Below, piece by piece: positions 12,001-17,044 of a stretch of 64,000 nt of DNA. Position 1 is the first letter of the stretch. The number at the start of each line of letters is the position of its first letter. The position numbers were made by a program, and so were the translations under genes. The notes beneath the pieces were generated by a model. The model was not told the origin of the DNA, searched no databases, and was given only the letters and a program-made list of their open reading frames with translations. This DNA comes from Candidatus Omnitrophota bacterium (lineage in GTDB: Bacteria > Omnitrophota > Gorgyraeia > B26-G9 > JBDRCZ01), in contig JBDRCZ010000029.1 in NCBI GenBank assembly GCA_043821285.1, positions 14,959 through 78,958 of the forward strand, written 5' to 3'.

Positions 12001-15000
12001 GTTGTGCCGGTGTCAGATGCATTATCTGTTGCCCCGGGTAAACTTGGATCATCAATCCCTGTTCCCCATGTAGTATCTCCTGTTGTTTGTCCGCTATGCT
12101 CTGCCATTGCCGCCGCCCATTTTGCTTTATTTTTAGCTACCTGTTCCGGGTCTACTTCATTTCCTGTCGTGTCCCCGCCAATCATCTTACCTTTCGTATC
12201 AAAATAAACTGTAACTCCGTTTAACACCTGCCGGCCGGAACCGTCTTTATTAAAATATATGTCCGCACCGCTCTTATGGTCTTTGGCATAAAAGGCCATG
12301 CCGTCTTCCGGGTCCAAATGGTAAGTCATCCATTTTGCCCCGGTAACATTCATTACAATAAATTCCGGATTACTATAGTCAAACGTGGATATCGTGCCTT
12401 GTTCATGGTCAATTAATTTTAGTCTCCGGTTAATATCATTCGCATCTCTTACATCTACGATAATACATCTACCTGTAACTTCATCCCCGCGGAAAACATT
12501 TATTGCCACGACCCCTTCTTGGCTCCAATCAAACACTGAGGTTGTGCCTTTTTCATGGTCAACCCGCTTAATCGTGCGCTCGGTCTGTGCGTCTTGATAC
12601 TCGGTCATACTAATCGGCAGGGTATTGCTGTCTCCATAGTAAACATCTATTTTAATTACCGCAGGATCACTGTGGTCGTAAATCCAGGTTTGGGTCGGGG
12701 TGATCATCTTTTCCCATTGGTTGGTTGCTCTATTTCTGTAAACCGTAGCAGTTATTTGGCCGGATGGGTTAATAATTGTTGATTGAAGGAGATTGGGATT
12801 AGTGTTGTTGTTATTAACATGAAACATAACATTGCCGTTTTGCTGTATAGTAAGCGGGGCATTACGGAAATCCGTTTGCAGGTTAACTGGCAGGGATAAG
12901 ATTATATTGTTTACTAAGTTAATATTGGAAATTAATGTATTCCTGTAAGTTGTATCATTCAAATTTTGCTGCACCGTAGCAATAGCCCGTTGCAGGTTTT
13001 GTCCCTGGTTTACATTAGTGTTAATCTGTGCGGCTACTACGGCTCTCACTGTCTCCCTGGGCACAAAACTGCCACTAGCAATTGCCGCAAGCTGTGCTGT
13101 GTCATTTACTGCATCATAAGGAGATATATATGCCCCGTTTTGTGCCGCGTTCATAAAAGCACCTTTGGCTGCGGCCCGGGCAATGTCTTGTGCCTGCTGG
13201 CTGTTCGGGTCCATGCCCTGGTTAATCAACTGCCGCATGGTTGCGTCCCAGGCCTGGTCACCAGCATAACCCGCAGTATCTGCTACTGGGATAGTTGCGC
13301 TACCACCACCATTATCATTACTGTCATCATCATCGTATAGATGACCACCGCCTCTTTCAATCTCATCTAATGCTGCTGCTCTCGCTACATAACCCGCTTC
13401 CTCATCTGATAACCCCTGTTGCTTAGCATAGTCCCATGCATCCTCTCCAGCATTTGCCCCTGCTGTTATCTGCATCTCTTGCTGAGTAAGTTTCCGGGAA
13501 TTGCCCTTGGCCTGGTCACTTAATACCTTGCCATCCCATAACCGGTTAAACTCCTTAGTGGTGAGTATCTTTTTCTCGCCATTATCAATAATCGTAACAT
13601 TATTGGAATCTATCCGGATTAATGTTACCCAGTGGCCTTCAAAGTGGATAATCACCGGCCGGTTAGTTTTAATTAAACTCTCCAGGTCCATTTCATAGCC
13701 GTCTAAATTAACCTGATATTTTGTCGCAATCATCTTTAAGGCATACATCGAGGTAAATACGTCTTGTCCGCGGATTACAACTTCTCCTTCCGCTAAAATA
13801 TCCTGCAGGATTAGTTCGTAAGCTAATCTTTGCTTATCCGTATCCTTCCCCTGTATATTAAGGAGAGCAGCTAAGGCATTGACCGCACAGTTAATAATAT
13901 TTATCACCGCATCCTTGGCCCAGTTAACCGCCTTGGAAATAAAGCTCGATACAATCTCACTTGCCGAGTATTTTGCACTAATCATGGCCTGGGCAATTGT
14001 TACCATTGACCGGTCAAGTTGAGTGGCAATCTTTAAGACATCTTCGGCGCTTACCATAAGCGATTTAAGTGCCAGAATAATCTCTTGGTCAGAATAATCT
14101 GCGTTTAACAGGGTGCGGTATATCTGATAATTACTAAAGGGAAGTTTTGCCTCTTTTATTGCGGCAATAATATCTGTGGCTGAGCGGTTGGCAGATTTAA
14201 GCAAGGCCGCTATTTCCACTAAGCCCTTACCCATCTGGGCAAAGCTGGTAATAATCTCGCTGTCCGTATATCCCTGCTGGAACATTTTTAAAACTAAGGC
14301 TTCCTGCCGGTAGTCTAATTTTATTAATGCGTGCATCATTACAAATGCTTCCTGCTGTTTTTGTTCTTCAATATTTTGCTCAGGTTTTACCCCTACCTTT
14401 CCAATTTCTGGCAGTACTTTATCCCGGTGCTGTTCGATTATTTCGCGTTTTGCCGCCTCTTCCTGCAAAAGCGATAATTTCTCCCGGTCTTCTCTTGTCT
14501 GTTCTCTGACTGGTCTTGAGATTAAACTCTCGGCCTCGTGTTCTGAATACCCGGCAGAAACCAATGCCTCATAAATCTCATCGGCAAAATACCCTTGTTT
14601 TAGCGCGGTTATTGCCACATCCCGGGCAGAATTACCGGATTTTTTAAGCAGGGTAATCATTGTGGTGAGGTCATAACCCGCAGCTCCCATACCTTTGATT
14701 GATTCTTTAATAAAACTAAGATTCGAACCAATACCGGCGGCATAATCCCGGGCAATTTTACTTTCGCTGCCCGCTTGCGGAAGAGAGAGTGTGTTTAGGG
14801 GGGAATAAGCGGTTTGGGTTATATCAATTTGTTCGGTTTTTACCCGCGGGGTGTTTTTGGTGAGTTCATCAAGAAGGTCTCTCTGTCCCTGTAGATAGCG
14901 AAAATCCGCAGCCAGGGAAAAATTGCTGTTGGTAAACAAAAATGCCTGAATTAATAATACGGTGATGAATTTAAACCATAATTTCTTTGTTATTATATTC

Positions 15001-15002
15001 AT
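1..15002 (-). CDS. Giant secreted/membrane multidomain protein (at least 5000 aa, 3' end outside window): signal peptide, helical repeats, C39 peptidase, TM regions, DUF2934-like motif, SecA-like ATPase
   Basis: ATG at 15002 with GGAGG RBS at ~15010-15014. Manual translation (MNIITKKLWFKFITVLLIQAFLFTNSNFSLAADF...) shows no stop down to the window edge. Absent from the ORF track because it has no stop; the many + strand ORFs here are antisense shadows. Confidence 0.93.
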   Translation of the reverse strand, partial: MNIITKKLWFKFITVLLIQAFLFTNSNFSLAADFRYLQGQRDLLDELTKNTPRVKTEQIDITQTAYSPLNTLSLPQAGSESKIARDYAAGIGSNLSFIKESIKGMGAAGYDLTTMITLLKKSGNSARDVAITALKQGYFADEIYEALVSAGYSEHEAESLISRPVREQTREDREKLSLLQEEAAKREIIEQHRDKVLPEIGKVGVKPEQNIEEQKQQEAFVMMHALIKLDYRQEALVLKMFQQGYTDSEIITSFAQMGKGLVEIAALLKSANRSATDIIAAIKEAKLPFSNYQIYRTLLNADYSDQEIILALKSLMVSAEDVLKIATQLDRSMVTIAQAMISAKYSASEIVSSFISKAVNWAKDAVINIINCAVNALAALLNIQGKDTDKQRLAYELILQDILAEGEVVIRGQDVFTSMYALKMIATKYQVNLDGYEMDLESLIKTNRPVIIHFEGHWVTLIRIDSNNVTIIDNGEKKILTTKEFNRLWDGKVLSDQAKGNSRKLTQQEMQITAGANAGEDAWDYAKQQGLSDEEAGYVARAAALDEIERGGGHLYDDDDSNDNGGGSATIPVADTAGYAGDQAWDATMRQLINQGMDPNSQQAQDIARAAAKGAFMNAAQNGAYISPYDAVNDTAQLAAIASGSFVPRETVRAVVAAQINTNVNQGQNLQRAIATVQQNLNDTTYRNTLISNINLVNNIILSLPVNLQTDFRNAPLTIQQNGNVMFHVNNNNTNPNLLQSTIINPSGQITATVYRNRATNQWEKMITPTQTWIYDHSDPAVIKIDVYYGDSNTLPISMTEYQDAQTERTIKRVDHEKGTTSVFDWSQEGVVAINVFRGDEVTGRCIIVDVRDANDINRRLKLIDHEQGTISTFDYSNPEFIVMNVTGAKWMTYHLDPEDGMAFYAKDHKSGADIYFNKDGSGRQVLNGVTVYFDTKGKMIGGDTTGNEVDPEQVAKNKAKWAAAMAEHSGQTTGDTTWGTGIDDPSLPGATDNASDTGTTDANTAPQTSWWDNFLNGAASAANNFLNLFNNPQQPPSPQENIFVWDNLNKEAQSPLALPNIDLTQVTLDPLLDGARNFVDLFNVPVASEDTLAWSPEEPSFLDIGAMLFAPLTETTIDTDTWDLGYISEDDSIGYIPVTMSAAQVDIPGWEGLKNLFMGPSSLTYELDNMGYIPLLDDETLNNSYFTAGKSSEAPANQSKLSLDEQVSFIHTLNGVTGVVGGIMAQLPQIFGPTNPQTAAPIDPNTGMPAVQNAYLQQTKPPNLPELTIPGLNNLMNFFNQKKEEITNRYDIIQTEDGRVEIKGLDTNDPLVNILYGLRQKLEPLTSNLFTNFPLLQQEQNRISDLQTKLYPTAAEDGPGALELVCGLGPIGEALHNLGLALPKPVKDLMELANEATDNLWKLAIGSGTEDLAREAYEKPQGIAQAWYNLTESAQKVLEGASAAITDAWDKVWGFAEEEGGRDIAELWKDAREKIPVVAGTIDENTGRYITQGEKAGAYAPELDDLTSPDTFLLINIELRGEVEERYKAAIANGDTRNSTTYKKALDELDTLDPTQGIIVLKKAECGDAPAQPGSFWVMHIDIESPLISYDVQKIKFNANSALSYMGLLDETTPEIFSRGRLAELLDAARPAIEVLREECQTRKMIKENMPKTYQSIEELMKQEQNYADVLAQYKDDPTVRALIQEQDDAHFADVNLAKASLETYEALFDVRKINGQVQDAIATYWNSDENKYNNAAVDNYMNKSKQYNDKVNELKTNYGNTYAVWQDLQHARTMYDVRLNLYIDNPGFDLSSEELVRFTPEQLQARSQVVIDYKSARDAYSNKMQELYTNNPTLYNFIQDIQLLADIGAILQAGIEKRIRESAVGTNDTGDYFGGVGEKASLNQQKDRVYVELLQQLAKQGIDIDKFVGMNESDVYIDPRINSDGDNPVAYISSPGEVTPAHVDRVRDISPAAILEKIKDPDARNTAAMIINSNGYAQRIQTLDQNIVLAKARMDFAMTRMQLTHNPMSFVIPLVLPNKGDVLDFRGYSVLDWVDLTTTVPLLFVGGGLLKGGTLLAKGGTLLAKGGTKLTGKFSLAARFAEKLEPIATKIAPVASRVGAASSMGVTAVAAANAASFVVNNRQFLSFEQNIAIFATTTLSVLGLSGANVLLTQTASQGLKGIGLHSLRAGLNLGTVFGNVDMLVNNVLAQQMFSQGEDKGFLGALELSAKSYFGWDYETDDQGRINKDAGFHFDPLNVHTYTKGFIGGFILGGLLGVFGGVANVSQAATAAMSAANPAVSQVRLARVYHLGTTAYQGISNSTRLSRVYRLGESAYKGIYSGTLNSRVIGGLTVASLGGFGNIAWSYLTGGLNASSTPGEFVAAFAKGAFLGILFKWAISPQGMEFVKGIGGHVRDYSRVETAELQTGLLRRSKTPFTGDGINQLALDALEGAIKWPFVSMVMNMASPVWDTGIHVLETGADRIVGRFTGNQELINSSWQFKIGDEYTWFREGTEEQGYLPLDWGSFFTANRAISWFAAAKEGKFMGPMIKVMMRHSDEILSKSPQALTRAKAGEGAYNKARAFIGRPMARIEGSLARGMAANNSFLSIASGLVLEAKSLTFVSGFVTGIERGLQSVRRAGAYADVVSGALTAADIQAAGGFEQALARYSGMAFSEGERFALGWALLFMKPNLNRLNAELLTVREADGKINSEKTVKNFATVRKYGSLREALRQGADLEMQVLERVGELVPVVADYLREQGFVEQQTDMITQHFSRGNLATVGRDIRLGLEYLSEYAADGKKDNLQKFLAHSIWLAEGKPEGRSDIHWELAGKALAGDSSNAEIIFRNSLRRESLGVENSFGAELIKGVNSLNLSELGNLIRAHNEIKPLSDTLREKLGKEVQLVGDQDARRLLDKDVQIGDQVLVEVKLPSGERAPLRVELTEALRMQASMQVFEPYRLEGNITEGLMEVYRINPKDTKYVRHLVDYVQEHRYNARGLEKRLSAEGAETLTQTQRDYYQKQQEYQQAYLKGETQQQLALRQQSISQSLDRVNLEILKDINALIGENPQGFSEATIIGGQALLERNIKQGLTSEKLSTRNISTYIIDAYIRQLDRVADAEISNLIDRVKTARQELEHSPLIREKNELLNKIDNLRDKRRQLAERRDSLENGTGIEAFDNSVRLIDKQIERLNQGINELNKQIDRRVEGILGKQEIQLIAGSARMNMGVEMLIKLYPELEIVSGMRKMGKEIEAVVQGLESGEIEVFVDKETGKVQLQGAEGEIITEFNRDILVEGKISKDAVQERVREITGRGEKMVEGLTGLVLRIVFEKAHADLIEAKKLELKKQGRDVTKEELTGLLDVERSTAQIKMVVELLKENSVYQAVGGGKTLGFIMEMLVRGEIAKALGKSLNQLLVVKTGEAEQTVLAGDKAHGGKGSIKLQELVDIFGYELKDGNKYYTERNEQGLVDVLLSPDKIVVVDQTRLGFLSLSKNQRLCDALAMQDVVRFDEFHIPFSSKVTYITSETSLLLEKEFIEAAFHAKKALDTIFQKEIGVPEKGKIGRAQDIAEARKEEHAYVYRDRGEYCLNGKALEIINSHNIKERTAKAYFDARFAEKQETYDVKDKEIKPVENGNIAEDRVFSDRYFIAALYAKESANGPDIVDRNKLFYSKSSSQSTVAEVLGMFGRQASVLGASGTLETVELMHMLHLGKGVAKITPSTYKDVVTRGFASEPAIIRNIIREIVSSRRNGRGVLILVKDPVMYELVRKFLNDNLGETIELINTSASEKKVGDLANDAQNRIILSNVKGATGIDYIGVVDLVIADGHNWTRSELYQGIGRNRRNVAEGLRRVFYLKGALREKTASGVRLQELKRMQVTYGREVKDQAKELIRNAELMQSEELSAALVHHIREAAYSRGVIEPVKHMMRLATSEQKRDSLEAELRAILDKKDTAEVNLRLSHHARNAEEIIEQTIRGVASSSRELFDLIAKGDYGKAVKSRAALLRDIAESILTSEGYQKIQARRDISFREAVNIREITAVAKHRRFLDRILSEEISHANDVSQNRTVVHVIQQIDQARRKGGEARLTLAEKAKLFKNFDRIVLSNGTRGSPELLSRVAVFLPNDSPVTQVLEDLALQGVSLNTPQQAQTILDFISENIINSSAFADYDTQDKEEVIDFVLGMLNPEVSYDNLIIAATVYNFLTDEAKQEVEESSLLSQTFLSQPEEIAAAMLKPKVYKAPIESWQKRRQVKKDGFALSRVQQFAFTNTLGLSKKAVEQSGQRMSFVEFEARAEALLTQQNPAIATSANVEALAYTLLKLEAAGRQQEGAGLSWAGFKTARTQSAQVAVLGMEDNLRGHRLFAADKQNERAKLNAKRAELNAEIASAWKSGDFQRAIMLSQQIRNKGEKSWLDEVWDKIKGSFVRKLGTDILSLALPLGSLAIILGLVSMPISIPIISSIFSAGSSLPFPMLALSLLSTPLSFGWQAKKMYKYYVQGEAAISVDTLLNQTSKNLGVLPVLNELNLPEEYASRIEALITKQNAAAESKAGPEDNDGETENEPLTLADLGNDQIAQTIARLINPASPSIERLKVRDEQLAGFADFIEQSNLDQVSGTGKDSLKEQLKNRITEARQLPNLLISEHQFENLINELNQYTHQAALDSLDQVVADAKGRIKQYKKDVQEHNDSPQQRQELLGDLLTALVNNQMITEQEKNAFINNPDQKNLAIKPEYKKVHNLLIELSQQPDPAAYLEKIANADDAEAEQMLNLLVELGLRPQGINFDKRVLRVLIADLKEAMQKADQQLEKILNSGLRDPYIKKYARAMRNSTLAHFANNAFDENDQKQENPYQVRLNTLTGYASLTVDELRRDLEQDPEREIIVMTIRNGRVVRSKKERVFKDLEAWLNWRIEGLAQTLSDSDLTVQGRDWVEAEQEFYQAGRERLQEIGVEQPILDQSFNQAREEATAFKNEITNLVEGLIKQHFSMLSDGLKGQLKGEILKALRTVTLSGENSRKARKSDQAA
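3480..4970 (-). other. SecA-like SF2 ATPase domain within the giant protein
   Basis: Motifs in SecA order: QAVGGGKTL (~4888-4914), VRFDEFH (~4524-4544), LGASGT (~3969-3986), GRGVLILV, ILSNVKGATGIDY, ELYQGIGRNRR (~3531-3566). Confidence 0.8.
13520..13900 (-). other. Peptidase C39-like domain within the giant protein
   Basis: NCAVNALAALL (Cys codon 13887-13889), TSMYAL, RPVIIHFEGHWVTL (His 13632-13634), VTIIDN (Asp 13584-13586), EFNRLWDGKVL. Order and His-to-Asp spacing fit the C39 triad. Confidence 0.85.
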
Positions 15003-15161
15003 AATATAGCCTCCAAAAAAACGGTTTTGTAAAATACTTAACCACAAAAGTCACAGAGTTACATAAGAATAGAATAGTTATAGAATGATCTTATCCATGC
15101 GCTTCTGTGTTCTCAATTCATTATTTTCATGTTTTTCATATTCTGTCTGACACTACCATAT

Positions 15162-15214
15162 AAAAAAACGGGCTGCCGTTTTAGATGTTAGAAATCTAAT
15201 TCTTCGGCAGCCCG
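15162..15214 (-). terminator. Intrinsic terminator in the giant-gene leader (riboswitch expression platform)
   Basis: Minus strand CGGGCTGCCG (15214-15205) pairs with CGGCAGCCCG (15178-15169), followed by T7. Confidence 0.85.
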
Positions 15215-15392
15215 GTAGTCTAGCGCTAAATTTTCGTTTTCGGTACGCCCGGCAATCTTAGCTAATAACGCTTTAGACCCGCAGCTTTGCCCTGGCTAAA
15301 TTTTAATTGACCAGGTCCGGCATAGCTAAAATAAATTATATTTCAGCAATGACGAAGCCCCCGTTTTTCAACGGGTTAGCCCTTTCGGATTT
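15203..15392 (-). promoter_or_regulatory. c-di-GMP-I (GEMM-I) riboswitch, atypical (66-nt insert, duplicated 3' arm)
   Basis: Minus strand reads CCGAAAGGGCTAACCCGTTGAAAAACGGGGGC-[insert]-GCAAAGCTGCGGGTCTAAAGCGTTATTAGCTAAGATTGCCGGGCGTACCGAA. This matches GEMM-I P2 with GAAA loop, GCAAAGC junction, tetraloop receptor and 3' CCG. Confidence 0.8.
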
Positions 15393-15542
15393 AGATTTAT
15401 AATTTAATACTTTTAAAAAGTACTTGTTAATTTTCAATATATTATTATTAATAGTGTAAACGCCTAATTGTGTAGGGATAATAATATAGGCATAATAATG
15501 TATTGCGCAATTTATTTATAATTATTTATAAATTCTTATATA

Positions 15543-15571
15543 AATATAGCATAAAAAAGCAGTTAAGTCAA
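15543..15571 (-). promoter_or_regulatory. sigma70-type promoter for the riboswitch/giant gene
   Basis: TTGACT-17 nt-TATATT with extended TG on the minus strand. Confidence 0.65.
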
Positions 15572-15601
15572 CTAAAACACGCAAAGTTTTGTTTGTCATA
15601 A

Positions 15602-15681
15602 CAAAAGAAAAATCAGCATGATTTTTCTTTTGGCAGAAAAAAGTAATAATTCAGAGTTAAACCTGAATTATTACTTTTTTT
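15602..15681. terminator. Two tandem AT-rich hairpins; probable terminator of the 15685-15942 gene
   Basis: CAAAAGAAAAATCA/TGATTTTTCTTTTG and AAAAAAGTAATAATTCAG/CTGAATTATTACTTTTTT inverted repeats just after the stop codon. Confidence 0.6.
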
Positions 15682-15684
15682 TAT

Positions 15685-15942
15685 TTACTTCGCGCCCTCT
15701 GTGGTTAATTTTTTTGTGTATTTAGTGTTTTCCTTAATATCCAGTAAGAGCAGTAACATCTTATTTATCGCAAATAAAACAATAAAATTAAATATTCCGA
15801 GAAATAACGTAACAAAACCCATAAACCGCGGGGCATCCGGCCCGCCGCCGCCAAAGAAAATAATCAACGTTAGCACCAGAAAAAACACGCCAATTATCCA
15901 GGCGGTAATCAAAGCAACCCGGGACACAATATTTATCATCAT
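15685..15942 (-). CDS. Small two-TM membrane protein, unknown function
   Basis: 85 aa, two hydrophobic helices, AAGGA RBS, downstream hairpins. Confidence 0.7.
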   Translation of the reverse strand: MMINIVSRVALITAWIIGVFFLVLTLIIFFGGGGPDAPRFMGFVTLFLGIFNFIVLFAINKMLLLLLDIKENTKYTKKLTTEGAK

Positions 15943-16416
15943 AAAAAATTTCCTTTAGCTTGACTATCATTGTCTCAAGACTACAGGTCATTATGCCAAG
16001 CTGATAAGCCTTTGCAGCACCGGAAATTTTTTATCCGTTTGAAAACCGTAGGTTTTCAAACTTTCCATCCCAAACGCCACCCTGCGACAAGACCGCAGCG
16101 AATAGGCAATTTACTAGTTTCCGGTGCTTCGCACCATCGCTAATTCATCCCTATGCCATGAGTACAGATAATTCTTAGCGTTTTTTTAACGTTCAATAAA
16201 AAATAGATAGGCTAAAACAGATTACATCCGCAACACCATGACACAGAGCGGATATAAATAAATATTGTCTCTTTGCTATCTTTATAGTCAAAGGAAATAA
16301 TAAATCTTGTTAATCAGGTAAATCCTGTCAGGATTTATCTATATTTTTTTCATCGGTGTTCTTTTTAATCTGCGATCATCATGCATCTTCTCATCTGTGA
16401 TCATCCCTGCCTGCCG

Positions 16417-16731
16417 TTAGGTAGGTGTGTTCCGGTACTTTCTCATATAAGCACGCATGTATTCCCGGTGTTGTTTTTTTCGTTTGATGCGGTAGGCCTT
16501 TATCTTTTCCGGATGCTTCTTACGCCATTTTCTTAATTGCTCACGGCGCATATTCTGCCAGTGGGGATCACTGCTTTGGCTATATTTAAAATAATCGGGA
16601 TTTTTCATGCGCCAGTTTGCTAAATTAAGCAGGTGCCGTTCATGCTGGCATTTTTTTCTGGTACAGACTTTTTGATGGCGTGGATGATACTGGCTTGGTT
16701 TAAACCTCTTCCCGCATATTCGGCAAATCAT
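16417..16731 (-). CDS. Small basic protein with putative Zn-binding cysteines (CxxC...CxxxxC)
   Basis: MICRICGKRF...VCTRKKCQ followed by Arg/Lys-rich helices. Confidence 0.7.
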   Translation of the reverse strand: MICRICGKRFKPSQYHPRHQKVCTRKKCQHERHLLNLANWRMKNPDYFKYSQSSDPHWQNMRREQLRKWRKKHPEKIKAYRIKRKKQHREYMRAYMRKYRNTPT

Positions 16732-16809
16732 AACATGAAATTCTAAATGTCCCGCCTAGCAAACTGGCGGACAGGCAAATTTCAAATGAAAAACTAAACA
16801 AAATAATAC

Positions 16810-16958
16810 AATAAAAAAAATTCCTTCGGAATCTTTTTATCCATTTAAAAACCTCTCGTGTTCAAACCTTCCCTTAACAATGAATTAAATATGCCAATCT
16901 ACACCCCAAATCCCAAGTTATCCACAGATTGAAAATCTTATTGTTTCCTATACGTTAA
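16810..16958. repeat. ~145-bp dispersed repeat, copy 1
   Basis: AAAAAATTCCTTCGGAATCTTTTTATCCATTT...GTTATCCACAGATTGAAAATCTTATTGTTTCCTATACGT; near-identical to copies at 18693, 53253 and 57330. Confidence 0.92.
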
Positions 16959-17044
16959 AAAATTTCCTCAAGCCTAACTATCATTATCTCAAGATTACCG
17001 GGTATTATGTCAAGCTAATCAGACTATGCAATACCGGAAATTTT

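Noticed and set aside
28-14509. Numerous + strand ORFs of 60-268 aa in the track
   Set aside because: Antisense shadows of the giant minus-strand ORF, with no recognisable motifs.
15587-15606. TTTTGTT-N6-AACAAAA upstream of the giant-gene promoter as a ROK/XylR operator
   Set aside because: Short, AT-rich and differently spaced from the 18544 site; not supportable.
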